DNA from: Laetmonice hystrix
Taxonomy: Eukaryota
Assembly (NCBI GenBank): GCA_965235115.1
Contig: OZ249437.1
Span: 50,902,001 to 50,966,000 of the forward strand
Length of the DNA: 64,000 nucleotides
Direction of reading: 5' to 3'
The notes under the pieces are model-generated. The model was not told where the DNA came from. It did no database searches and saw only the letters and a program-made list of their open reading frames with translations. Made by a program: the position numbers and the translations under genes. Shown one piece after another: positions 34,601 through 46,870 of this stretch (position 1 is its first letter; each line of letters opens with the position of its first letter).

Positions 34601-37600
34601 TCTATTCATTCAAGATAGCAGTTTGGGTTTTCAAACAGAAGAGCCGCTCAAAACCTGTTTCCTCAAAGACAACTCACCCTATTTGAAATGCAAGCTGTGA
34701 TCTTTGAAATGGAAGGTGTGAAATTTGAAATGGAAGGTGCAGTGTGTAAGATTGGGGGTCAGAGAGGGTGCCAGACCCCGGGCAGGGTCCCCATAGTGGT
34801 CCCCTGCAGCACACACACCAGTACCCTCCCCCCCCCCCCCCACCCGACCCCCACCCCACTACTGGCTGTGTGAGTGCACGGTCAGCCAGGTCCAAGCCGC
34901 GTTTGTTGTGACAGGCTGAGTCGCTGGCTGCCCTGGCCTGGGCAGGCTTGTACACTGATACCAGGTGTGGCCGGTTTACACCTGACTTGCTCCAGACAGT
35001 ATGGGTAATCAGACATTTTGAAGGTTGGCCGTCCGGTTTGATGAGACAAATATGATGAGAAATGTTCATAAATAATGCGTCCGGATCCGGAAACCGGGAC
35101 ATCCAGATTAATGATGACAAAACAAACCAAAAAAATCCGTTCCCAAGGTTTACCGTCCGGATATCGGGGTTTCCGGATTAGTGGCGACCGGTATAACGAG
35201 GTCTGACTGTATATCATAATTCACTCAAGTAGATTTGAAATGCTTTGTACGGACAGCGTCGATTTGTGATTAACTCGGCATCCTGTCACCAATTAGCGGA
35301 GTCGTTGGTGTCGGGGAAATGCAATGTCATTTGGACCGCTTTGAGGGCCTTTAAATTCATTATTCTTGCAGGAATTTGAGATATTAATTTAAATTTCTTG
35401 TTAAGAGGCTTCTGTAGACAATTCAAAAGTTATACAATCCCTTGCTTTTCCTTTACAAGGACGTTAGAATAATTGCGCCAGCTTTCAGTAACAGTATTTT
35501 TTCTCCATATTTTGTTTCGATTTGCATTCAACCCAGACAAATATCAGATCATTCCTATCGTAATTTGTGACCGCTGTCAGACACGTACCGGGAGCATGTG
35601 TTTTGTTTTAGATGTCATTAAGACTTTCCATTTTGTAATTAGAAATCAAAAGCTGTTTTCCAATGCCCCCTTTAAGGACGATGCCCAGCCAGGAAGTCAT
35701 CCACTATGGTATCATGCCTGGTCGGGCTGACCGTCATTTCGGTATGGGATAGGCTCAGAAATAATCAATGTCACTACTCTGCCCAACTCTCGACTTTTCT
35801 TTAAAATGTCTTCGTAATCCAATTAAAACTTCAATGTTTGGACTAAAGTCCACTGAATGTAGTCGATTCTGAAGTAATTTCTTGTGTCAAGACACGCAAA
35901 GGCGTTGCAACTGTTCCTAGCGCTTGAGGTATGCCAATGTGATTTAGATCTACTGAGCCTGTTCCCTTGGGGCGCCCGTCTATGCTGCAGGGCGATTGGA
36001 GCTAGACTCGGAGAGATATACTATAGGCTTCCTTTGCCGAGGTCAAAATCTATTACAGCCGCGGCGCCCAGAGTGAAGACTCGGTCAGCTGTGGCCCACG
36101 TTATTTTGGTCCGATGCGTAGATCCAGAATGAAAACGCCCTTGTGGGTATTGTGTCTGGGATATGGCACGCCTGGTCTGCAGTCAATGCCCTTTCCATGC
36201 CCGGTTCCTGCCACCCACCCACCTAGCCGTTGACTCTCCCCGATGTACACTGTCGTGTTAGGGTCGTTGGCGACCTGATAGAGAATTATTCAAATTCCTT
36301 CAAATAAAGAAACGGCACCGAGTCATATCTCAACGAATACATGATTACTAATTTCCTTAACACCAGTTGGAGTGATGGGCACAGTTTAGGAAGTGATGCG
36401 CTCGTTCTGTAATATATGACGGCTGGTTTTGTAATCGAATCGAGGAGTTATGGTCCTTGCGCGCCTGTCCGCCATGTTGTTTTTCTGTACTGCGCATGTG
36501 CAAATGGAACCGGCTTACTTTCAAAATGGCGACGGAGGGCCTGAAACGGCGGTCTAAATTGTAAAGTTTCACGACGTACTATATAGAAACAATTCTGGGA
36601 TTTTAGTCTACTTTATTAATTGTATCCGGAATTGGTCATGAAATTTTGGGAGTTTTGGTCTGTAAAAGTCATGGAGAAGTCATGAAGTTTCAATATAGCC
36701 AACCTGTGAGAACCCTGAAAAGGCACTCACAGTCAAAATCACCAAAAATGCCTGATGGCCTTGCCCAGTTCGCTGATAAACAAATGTGTCCCTCCCTGAC
36801 AATACAGTTTGTAGCAATCTGACTTGATACGGTTTAACACGCGAAATTCCAAAGTTTAGCTCCCCTGTCATCGCGCTGACATCCAAACATTAGGCCTACA
36901 CTGGCCTGCTCGCGGCCCGGTGTCCCGAGCGATGGCGCTGGCTGTCCCTCTCGGCCTCTGGGCCGGGGACGTTCCTATTGGCTAACCAGAAATGCACGCT
37001 AATTTTTATGAATCGCGCCTCCGGCAGTGCTGTAATCTGATTGGGCTGCAGGATACCGCAGCAAGGTGGAAAACAGATGGCGCTGCGAGCTACGCGTTTC
37101 TGAGAATAGGCGGGCAGGCGGGAGGGGGTGAATCACTGGAAGCGGTTCAACCCCGAGCGCGGGGGAGGGTGCCACATCCTTAACGGGGAGCTGTTAAGGC
37201 GACAGTCTCGTTCTTCAGCATCGTGCGTTAGGCTGGCCATCCTAACGGTCGATGTGCTATTTATAGTCGTCAGTTCCTCTGCTCTAGCATAGCAACTTAC
37301 GTCTATAAATAGTACATGGACCGTTAGGATGGAAGCCTATCGCACAATGCTGAAGGGCGAGACTGTCGCTTTAAGGGTGGCCACGTCTACCACCCACCAT
37401 ACAATGGTTGCTAACGGTCCTTCAGGCACCGAGTCTCTGTTGGTGTCGCACCGAATTATGTTTCCCAGGGAGCCAGGGATGGTTTTTATCATTATCGAAT
37501 TTTATGATACATTTAAATAGCCTTTTTTTATTTGACTGATTTACTTATTTTGTTGTTTAATTCATCAATTTTACTTTTTTTTGCAAACTAATTCCGTATC

Positions 37601-40600
37601 ATTCGGAGTATAATTGTATGCTTGTAATAATGACTCGCAGCTACCTCGGCATATGCGCAGGACTTTAGTATTCTGTGTCTGATCAGTACACAAATAAAGA
37701 TGTACCGCGAAGCATACATCGACTCTTGTCGCATTAGTCCAGGTCAGACTGGTTGCCCCCAAGGTCAGGCCTGCTCAGAATCTATAGTCAGAGGGCTGAG
37801 ATCGTGTATCGAATGCTGTGAAGCAATAACCGCTAAGCTGTGCCCGTGAAACAGTAACAGGACGCAGACATTGTAACGTCAGATTTGAATATGTCGGAGT
37901 GAAGAGTATGGGTATCGGTAAGAGCATTGTCGGCGCACACCGTATGACGTTACCGGGAATAGCATTGGTAAGTCTTCTGATGGTGTAGATGACGCTGGGG
38001 GTTCTCCTGTATTAAGGGTCTGATCCACTAACGGCGATTTTCCTTGCGACGTCCATGCGATTTTGACACCACCCTTTTATTTAATGTGATTTTGAGATTA
38101 AAGGGCGTATCTCATTTCCTGAAACAGGAAAGGTCAGCAAAATCGTGCTTTTGGTTTAGGCCTAATCCTGTTTTCTTTCCCGGCCGTGTCACTTACTCCC
38201 ACCTACTGATCCCTTTCCTTCCCTTTGCTTAACATTTTTCATTGCGAGCCCCAGTTTCTGCCCTGTCCTTTCCCGCATTTCCTGTCCTGCTCTGTCTAAC
38301 ATTCAATCTTCTGCCCCTCACCCATTGTCCCCTGTCCTCTGTCTTTGACATCTCTCCGTCCCTGTCCCACCCGTCCTTCGTGTCCTGTCACCAGGAGAGA
38401 ATTTTTTTTTGGGGGGGGGGGGGGGGAGTTGGTGTACATGGTGAATCCGGAAATGTGCCGGAAGTAAGAGAGCCATCTATTCTTCTCCTAGGCTTACCAA
38501 GAGATCCATAGGCCTGTGACGGCATCTGCCTGAAGAGCTGCAGGATATCCGATCCTTACCCGAAGTTTAAACGTTTCCGATCGCCATTGAAAGAAATGTC
38601 CAAGATAAGTACAGAATAATGTCAATTGGACAGAAAAACCGAAGCAATATCAAGTTAGGGACTTACAGGGACGTAAGGGGTTAACCAATTGACTGGTCCC
38701 CGATATAACGAGTCCTGTCACACATCATTCCCAGCCCGACCGTCAGAGGCCATTTAACAGCTCTGATTCCTCTCATTCCCCGGAACGTCTTCCTGTTTAA
38801 ACATGAGAGCCATTGGAATAGCCAGTTCACTTTTATGGGTAGCCGTAAGAAATGATAAAGCACAATAATGAAGAGATAAGAAAGTAACCTACTGGTATAT
38901 ATCGGCATTTCACGAAGGGTACCGGTAAGCGATATTGCGAACTGCAATTGAGCAGTCGTCTTGTTTCCGTCTTGTTTATTCCCTTTATAAACATAAATGA
39001 GGTCATTGTGCGACGACCCGTTGTTTTTGAAAATCCTAAATTTGTCACTGGCTGTGGTGCTGGGGGCGGGGGAGGGTCATGCACCACAGGGTGTCAAACA
39101 CATCCTGTATTCTTTTATTTTCCTATATTTTAGAGGAATTCCTATTAACTCTTATAGTTTGACAGAATTCCTCAAATTACTTTCAGCTAATATTGGATGA
39201 CACATGGACTGGGGATTAAATGACATATCTTTTCTTGTTGTGACATGTAAAGTGAGTTTGATGTAATCGAAATATTATACTCTACAATGATCATACCTCA
39301 TGCACGAACATCTGCTTTTTATCATCTAAGGTTGTATCCTCGAGCGGATAAGGTTAACTTAGGTTTGCCTCGTCACACATACATGATTTAAATTGTAATG
39401 GCTTTGTAATATCTTATTTGATGTGGATGTGGAGATGGCTTTAGGTAATTGCAAGGGCGCTTTAAGTATAAATGTGGTAATTTAAGCTCCTGTATTTTCT
39501 GAATTTTCCCCATCTTCCTATATTTTGAAAACGCCAGCGTACTTGACACCCTTATATTAGTGCCCTGCCTTCAGTTTGCGTGCTGTGGAAATCACCGACA
39601 TTAATTCGTATTCACCAGAACTGTTAATCGTCGCATCTTACCACGAGGGTTTTTTCTCTCTTTTCAATGAAGGAAATGAACAGGAAATTGTGGCTACCTC
39701 GATAGAGAAAACTGAAATGTGGTCAGACAGGTCTCCCTAGTTTTCATCAGAGACCTCATAGAACGTGATCAAAATATAGTGAGAGTAGATGGGCAACTAG
39801 TGCTGGTACTAGAACTCTCATTTTTTAAAATTTGAAATGGAAAACCTCGCTATGGTAGTGTTTTTCGGTATGAAGTCGGGTCGGGTTGAGGTGGTATGTG
39901 GCTTCAAGCCATAAAACAATAGTTTAAGGGGAGTCGAGTTGAGTCGGAGTAAAAGGCGACAGGTGCGAGCAGACAGAAATGATATAGGTACAGGTTGAAC
40001 TTTAAGCTTCGGGGTATTGAAATAACCAGTTAGTTTCGTGCATTATCGTACAAAAGCATTGGTATCATTAAGTTTGAAATTATTGGCCTCGTTTCCTGAC
40101 AAAAAAAGTTTCCTCTTTGCAAGACTTTGCGTAGGCTCGGTAGTTGGAGTTGCTACAGGGGCTGTATTCACATTTTGCTGGGTCATCCAAATACCTAAAC
40201 AGATTTAGAATGCACTTCGTTGGCAAACTTAGATTGACCATTTACCCCAGCGATGGCCTGGGTCTCAGCTCAGTTATGTATGGGCTTCGCTAACAGGATG
40301 TGCAAATTAAATCTCTAAAACCTTAATCAAACGGTGTCGTTAAGAGATGTGAGAGGGGTCTATAGGTCGTCGCATTTGTGTTTTAAGTAGGCCCAGTTGG
40401 TTGTGTCGTCCAGTGGTCCACCTGCTATAGACGTGAACTGCTCGTGTAGGATGGCACCTATACAACGGCTGTTCACTTGCAGACCAACTCGTAGATCCTG
40501 CTTTAGATGAAGCAGTTAATCCCCCCCTTGGTGTTAAAGTAATATCCTAATCCCGAATTTTCTCACAGTGGTTCGGTCTTATCCTAACTGCACAGAAATA

Positions 40601-43600
40601 TGTAATCTTACCAGATTTACCGCAAAAGCTATCTAGATGTTTTTCGTTGTAATATAAAACACAAGTTAGATTTACTTCTGTTGGGTGATCGCTGTATAGC
40701 ACTCGGAACACCGACGCTGCTTCTGATTTGCTGTTTCTAGGTCATATCCGGAGGCGAAGCAGGCCTCGGATGTATGAAGCGGCCATTTTCCCAGAATTTG
40801 TGCAAACCCCAGTGAAGCGGCATCGCGCATGAACACAGATTAAATAGTCGACCCCTACGCACAGGCACATAGGCCTAGTTCAAATATAATTTCTCAGCAT
40901 AGGTATCCTTCTCGAATTTTCTATCGTGGAGACAAAACAGTCTCTTCTTCACCTGGGACGAAACCCAGATATTCTGACTTTGTAAAGTCCGACACTAGGG
41001 AGTTCTACATTTTCGGCACGGCGGCAGCGCGCGAGTTTGTTGTTTACATCCGGGTCAGTGGTCCCGACCTAGCCACCCACCCACCCCACCCCCCAGCATG
41101 GCGACCTTCGTCGTACAGCCGAGATATGACGCAGTCAATCGTGGGTGAGCCGAGTGCGCTGTTTAGATCGCTGGACGATGAGGACGCCATCTTGTTTGAT
41201 CGTCATCCAGAACTGCATAGAAAGTCACGTGAGGGAATTCCCTTCCAGTTCAAATCCAATGGCGGTGGAATCACGGCATGTTTTACTTTCTAATGATCGT
41301 GATTTTCGGTGGTACTGTAAGTAACACGTAGGTATTGTCCCTATTGGACATTGCAAATGTTTGTATACGTCTTTAGTAACATGCAGGAAGTAATATAAGA
41401 AAATCGCTCAAATTTTCCTTCATTATACGCTATTATATGGCTTTTAGTTGGATTTAGGACTAGAGGTGTTAAAGGATGATATCGTACATAGGCAACTTTC
41501 AGTTAGTGGGGACTTTCTACTCGGAATATGGAATGTCAGGTCCACTCAAGTGCTGTGATATTTAGTGCCCTTTAAGATTGTTGGTCTTTTCCAAAGGCAG
41601 AGTTATTGGTTCTTTGACTTCTTTGACTGGATTTTTCAAAATGATTCATCGTATTGTACGAGAAAACAAACTTTGAGCAACATGAGCATGGGAAGCTCAT
41701 GTTTTTCTCTGTGCTCTAACTATCCAGGCAGACATCTTCGGTTGAACGGAGGTAAAACCCCCAAAAAAATAGAAACCAAAAAAAGAAAGATTAATCTGCA
41801 GATAGCATGCCTTGGGCTTGGCATTCATTTAGCATGTGTCTGTGCATGCAACATTGAAAGGGAAGAGTTTGGTCTCATCATAATTGTCTGTGGCCATGTG
41901 CCAAGGGTTGGCTCTTTATGTCCCTCCTATAGTGCCCGTACAAAGAACAGACTACCACAGGCTTAAAGATGCCTTCCAGACAGGCAGAATAACCCAGACC
42001 CATTGGCTCCCAGGTGCTCCCCATTCTCTAGGATGTCATCTAGTTATTTCAGAACTTTCAGGAGTGAACATCATGCCATCATTAGGGCAACAAAATATAG
42101 CCTCGAGGATTCTGTTTGTAGTCTCAGCTTCTACTCTTAGTTAAATGTGAGCTTCTGTGTATAGAGTTGCCTTTTAAAAGATTCATTTTATAAGTGCTGA
42201 TTTAAAGAGGGAGGGGTTTGGGGCTATGGCTGGGAATCAGTGATGCTGGTAAAATGCCAGTTTGTGGAGATGGAGCCAATGAAGGAGCAGCTTACAGCGA
42301 CGGACGGCTCAGCCTTGGTCAGACACCTTAATAGCATTGAGTCGGCATTGATGGCGTGGAGGCGGGCGGCCACCAAGAGGGACGGGTCACTATAGACTGA
42401 AGGTCCACGGCACGAACTCACTCATTTTAATTTCGTTATTATTGTATGCTGGTCGGTCCAGACTAGCCGTGACCTGGGCGCCGGGGTGAGACAGTTCCCC
42501 TCTCAAGACTCTTGATCACGTGAAGGTGGTGTGACCGCGGCTGGGAGTAGTTGTTTTCCAGGGATGTAAATTTCAAAGTAGATTTAAAAATAGAAGAAAA
42601 AATATCCACATGTCATGCGACATCAGAACGTCTGCCATCATCAGTATCGATGATAAATATATCGTGATAATTTTAGCAATATCGGCGTACGTTTTGCAAA
42701 TTTGTTCTGTCGGTTACGTGAGCAAAGGAATTAAAGGCAGGGTAAACACCCACGGCAAGTAAGGTTTCATAGACCAAATGAAACACCAGCATTTAACTCA
42801 GGGCAATAAATGCCACAATTACGTTGTCAGAATGAAGTAATTAACGTGTAACCGCCCGATGTATGACGCCGCTGGTTCTGACCTTGACAGACTCTGCTCA
42901 CAGACCTTGTCTACACGATGTTTGGAGTCCCAACGTTTGTAAACTTCCGAGGTGTTGAACACACAAGCAGAAACAGTTGCGTCACACATCGGGCAGTTAC
43001 ATGTTAATTACTCCATTCAGACAATGTAATTGTGTCATTTATTGCCCTGAGGTAAATGCTGGTGTTTCATTTGGTCTACGCAACCTTATTTGCCGTGGGT
43101 GTTTACCCTGCCTTTAATGAATTGACTAGTAAAATTTCAACTGAGACGATGTCTTTGCTTTACCGGAAATGCCACTTTAGTTCCGGTTAAGAAACATCAG
43201 TACCGGCAATGTTACTTCATTAATGCGAGTAAAGATCAGCACTGGAGAAGATATGTGTGTTTCAAGGAAAGAGCGTTAACATTTCATCAGCTGTAATGAG
43301 CACAGTCGTTTTTGTATACTAATAGCCTGACGTAGTTAGAGGAGAATTAGATATAAGCTGACGCTGTCTGAACACTGTTAATGTACACTGGTGGAAGAGG
43401 AGGGGGCGTAACGCATAAGGGCTGACTACAGGGGACTACAGACTGTATCAATACCATATTATACATATAAGGCGTGAAAAGCGCAGTTTTTCTCCAGTAA
43501 ATCAGCAGAGTGTCGCTTATAAATAGATATATGCGCCTGGAGACCAGGCTGCGCTATAACTATAAGTAGTTGAAGGTCATTCCTGCTACGAGTCCCGACT

Positions 43601-44015
43601 GCATTCAGTCACCCCAAGAAAATTTATGATGTGTTTTGTCATAAGGTGTCTTTTATGGTTGCAAATAGACTTTTTATTATTCTGGTGTGATTATGTCATG
43701 AAATCTACAGGATCCTTTAAGAAAAGGTCCACTTCAGTATTTATGTTTCCTATGTAAATTGTTGTAAGCTATGTCAAATGGCTTATGCAGGGAAATCTGA
43801 TATAGGCATGAGGCGGTGTGGGGTGTTGGAGAAAGGCTGGGTGTGGTTAGAAACAGGTCGTTTGCCTGAACACGTATCTGAAGATGTTCTCTGTCCGTTT
43901 CAGCTATAAGGATGAGATAACTCGACTCCGTGAGATGTTGGGAGTGCGGGATACAGGCGGGGGGTTCATCAGTCCAGGGCCACGCCTCAACTGGACCAAG
44001 GACAGGGCAAAGTGA
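11558..44015 (+). CDS. CCDC78: Kinesin-motor-domain / CCDC78 coiled-coil fusion protein, 20 coding exons, about 919 aa
   Basis: Exons 11558-11673, 11889-12106, 12449-12612, 12869-13012, 13106-13299, 13512-13686, 13839-13967, 14186-14317, 14546-14632, 15136-15315, 15736-15903, 16087-16137, 16257-16345, 16555-16633, 16893-17018, 17617-17813, 18428-18602, 19168-19205, 20543-20728, 43904-44015. Sum 2760 nt, one open frame, all phases compatible (one GC donor needed at 16346). CCDC78-like motifs: ISKTLVEMQMENNKL, EYVTLKANY, NSELSVELLNLV, FRSRLVKYVEDIA, REMQLSQAA, HEQLLIAYR, SWTELRRQMRQW, YIDTHLKSYKDEITRLREML. Confidence 0.85.
19695..19790 (+). repeat. Imperfect (GCT)n trinucleotide tract in an intron of the fusion gene
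   Basis: gctgctggtgctgctggtgttggcgctgctggtgttgcttctgctgctgctgcggctgctgctgctgctggtgctgcg. Confidence 0.85.
23260..23522. mobile_element. ~260-bp interspersed element with terminal inverted repeats and an internal telomere-like (TAACCC-type) tract, copy 1
   Basis: Ends GGTGTGACAGGAATGTAGGTCC / GGACTTACATTCCGTTCACACC; internal ccctatccctaatcctaaccttaatcctaat. A similar direct copy is at 58955-59214. Confidence 0.75.
24271..24425. mobile_element. Small MITE-like inverted-repeat element
   Basis: TAAAGCCAGGAATCCATGTGTACGTA (24271-24296) matches the reverse complement of 24400-24425 with one mismatch. Confidence 0.65.
27530..28270. repeat. 63/64-bp minisatellite
   Basis: Unit acaccagactgagggcggcaggtcttcccgctgtgtcctacagataagtgaatatgtaactgaa. 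Period markers at 27628, 27691, 27754, 27818, 27882, 27946, 28010. Degenerate units on both flanks and an isolated decayed unit near 27010-27070. Confidence 0.92.
28584..29437. mobile_element. TA-flanked ~855-bp MITE, copy 2 (inverted relative to 10165-11020)
   Basis: Same TIR TCGGGTGGATAAAAAAAAACGCCCC with TA flanks. The interior is the reverse complement of copy 1 (e.g. ctgccaggtgtccaattggacacctgtttg at ~10381 vs caaacaggtgtcaaattggacacctggcag at ~29193). Confidence 0.85.
34175..35209. mobile_element. Tc1/mariner (pogo-like) non-autonomous element
   Basis: TA flanks (34173-34174, 35210-35211). TIR CAGTCAGACCCCGTTA / TAACGAGGTCTGACTG, with repeated (A)TCCGGA subterminal motifs. Confidence 0.82.
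36740..36886 (-). pseudogene. RecQ-like SF2 helicase fragment (motif 0 to motif I), probably transposon-derived (Academ-like)
   Basis: LNFGISRVKPYQVRLLQTVLSGRDTFVYQRTGQG-HQAF resembles RecQ FG...kpyQ...i..vLsGRDtfv..pTG.GKSlcyQ. The KS of Walker A appears deleted and no downstream helicase motifs were found. Confidence 0.6.
37198..37370. mobile_element. TTAA-flanked palindromic (foldback) MITE, Kolobok-like termini
   Basis: TTAA at 37194-37197 and 37371-37374. ~80-bp imperfect arms GCGACAGTCTCG...CAGTTCCT / AGCAACTT...CGAGACTGTCGC. A partial copy of the right arm is at ~7425-7508. Confidence 0.8.
42735..43113. mobile_element. TTAA-flanked foldback MITE (Kolobok-like), inside duplication copy 1
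   Basis: TTAA at 42731-42734 and 43114-43117. Long arms AGGCAGGGTAAACACCCACGGC... / ...GCCGTGGGTGTTTACCCTGCCT. The counterpart at 50071-50398 has a shorter loop. Confidence 0.85.
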
Positions 44016-46529
44016 CACTGGTGCTTGTATCTCTTAAAAATCAACTGGGACGAAAAGAACAGTCGTAGTAGAAGAGTAAAAATTAAATGTGTGTAGTGAC
44101 ACAGCTACATAAAGTTACATGTTGAGATAGGAGTCAAAAACACATTGAAGAGTAGAATACATATTGATTAATTGATTGATTGATTGATTGTTTGATGATA
44201 TGACCATTTTATTCCAGGCGTGCCACAGCTGAGTATTATTAAAGAGGTAATAATGCTGTATTTATTTCGGGATACTTGTTCTTGCTAATCTTGTTTAATG
44301 AAGTTGTTTTTGTTTGTGAACAGTTATCGGATAGTTTGCATGAGTTGGAATCTGTGAACATTTATGGTTTTGATATAATATGCTGCTAGAAAATACTATA
44401 TATCTGATAAATCAATATAAAAATCTAGTATTAAATTACTTTATTAAGGGCCCAAAGTCATTTCTGTCTATTACTTGGATAATTTATCATACCATTTTAG
44501 GTATTGTCTTCCTGTGCTGAGACTTTTTCTCTGTTCACAATAATGAAAAGAAAACGACAGGATTATGTGCATGAGCTTCCCGACCAATTACCAGTTAATA
44601 TGAAATCAATGTCATATTGTGTCTGAGAATCTGTGATGATCTAGTTGTTTGGGCCAGCGGATGTAATTCATTAAGCCAGTATCCACCTATTGTGGTTGCA
44701 AGCAATGCCAGCGATTGCAAGGCTGGCAAGGTACGTATTATTCTTTAGTCTGTGATACTATAGGTACGCCAGGCGTAATGTATTAGTGCCTGCTCCTTTT
44801 ATCTCTGTGTACGCATAATGAACTCGACAAAAAGAATATTGACTAGAAGTCCAGTTAAATTATTGTAGCAAAATTCGGTGTATAGGTCTATAGATATTGC
44901 TGTGAAGTATAATTGGTCTCAAGTCTTTTATTACTCTGGCTGCATTTCACACGGTGGCTGCTATCGATTGACATTAGTGTTATAGATTGAAGTGGTTTAC
45001 ATTTGTCAGGACGGTTACTGACACTACAAAATGGTTAAACTTAAAAAAAATATTTACTTCAGATGAGTGATACTGCTCAAAACTGGTTCTTTTCTTAAGT
45101 TATACACTTACATTTGAAAATCGATATCTGTAAAGCTACTCGCAGCGACATTTGAATGGTGTGTTAAATATAGTAGGTAATGTGTTTTGACAGTCTAGAT
45201 CAAATTAACCGTTTTCTGTCCAAATGATGAAGGTGTTCCCGACCTAGGTCAGTTTACCCCGCGAGACGGATCTAAATAGCATATTCCTATCACTGTTCTG
45301 TCCTTGTGTGCACGACTGCTTTGAGAATTTGAGAAGATGACGCGTAGAGCCATCCTTCATAGGATCGTTGGTGAGGTTAACTCGCCCACTTTTGCCGGTT
45401 CATAATGTGCATACTGGCCGAAGGAATGAAAGGAAACATTTTATTGAATAATATTGTAGAAAAGGAAAATATTCTGTCTGCTGCGCCACTTTGTATTAGA
45501 TAGAAATCGTGACGTCACCATGGGGGGAAAAAGACGGTGCGCCTTTCAAATAAAGACAGTCCCAGCTAGAAGTACTGCCTCTTTGTCGTTTCTGATGTTT
45601 GAAAGGTAAAATGTAGGGCTGGTTGAATTGCAGAATCATAGCGTAACTTGTGCCCCATCCCCCCCCCCGTGCCATTTCTATGATTGCCCTCGCCAGTGCT
45701 CCGAGACTGGGACGTTAAAACCTTTGGTATGTTCAGCTGTGTCTGTGCGGCTGCACATAAAAAGCCCCCTTTACTTTTTTCTTTGGCAGGTGGCTGATTT
45801 CGTTCTCACTTCATCCTTACCCGCTACTTGGGGGGGGGGGGGGCAGCGAGGAGCAATAAGTCCGACCTAGATGAACAAGTTATAAAATGTATTGTAGCCC
45901 GGACTTAATATGGCTGAAATATTGCGGCAAGGTTGGAAACCCCCACCAGTTCTTCCCTTCGCCAAGTTTAATACGGGATTCACTGTGCGTCCTTGCTACA
46001 GTTACAGGGAATTCTGCGTTCTCTGGTTCACAGGACACCATAGCAATCAGACTAAACTTCTGCTGGCGGTTAGGTAGATTTAAGAGTATGTTAAATCGTG
46101 ATTGGAGAAGGATTAGGCTTTTGGTCCGGTGACGGACTGTCAACGAACTGAGTTGTCGGAACCGTCGGCTTGATCCCCTGACCGGGGTAATATTGGGTGT
46201 TGATGATATTTCTTTAGATAAAGTCTAAGGCTGGGTTTAGTGTGCTTAACCTTCAACTTCTGATTACTGGATTATTTCATCTTTATTACACTGATCATCA
46301 TCGGGCATTGCGGACTTATAATCCTCCTTTAGTTATGACAATGTTGTGGTACTCTCTGTTTCTTTAATACAAATGATGCGTGTTCCAAGAAGGACCCCCC
46401 CCCCCCGAACAAAAAAACAAAAATAAAATACATTCGCACCTCAAATACACACGCACACGTCCACGTTCTTGACTGCTAGTCGATTGCATACATTAACACT
46501 TTTGCAGTTGTTATAGATTGCTCAGTTAA

Positions 46530-46870
46530 AGGTGCTATTCGTCTCGCACAGAATGGCATTTCTCCTATCATACCTTGTGCACATAGTACTAGAAAAATTT
46601 CCTACCGATACCATTGGCCTGATAAACCTTCTATTAGTTTGTGTGCAGCATTTGAAACCTATCTCGGTGCGCACCGAGATAGAGCCATTTCCTATGGTGG
46701 GGCGTGTCAGGGTCTCCACAGGCCTTCTGAGAGAGCCCCATTTGTGCCGTTATCCATGAGAAATTTTGATTTCCTTTGTTGTGAATCTATTTCCATGATA
46801 GGTGGGATCACATAAACGTCAACAAAATTAAAAATAAAAAAATTGAATTTTTGTTCACGAATAGCACCCT
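46530..46870. mobile_element. TTAA-flanked MITE (Kolobok-like) forming the right end of duplication copy 1
   Basis: TTAA 46526-46529, AGGTGCTATTCGT ... ACGAATAGCACCCT, TTAA 46871-46874. Confidence 0.85.

Noticed and set aside
41565-42421. ORFs repeated in both duplication copies (41565-41966, 41884-42144, 42224-42421)
   Set aside because: Recurrence is explained by the duplication; there is no known motif, and copy 2 carries frame-disrupting indels.
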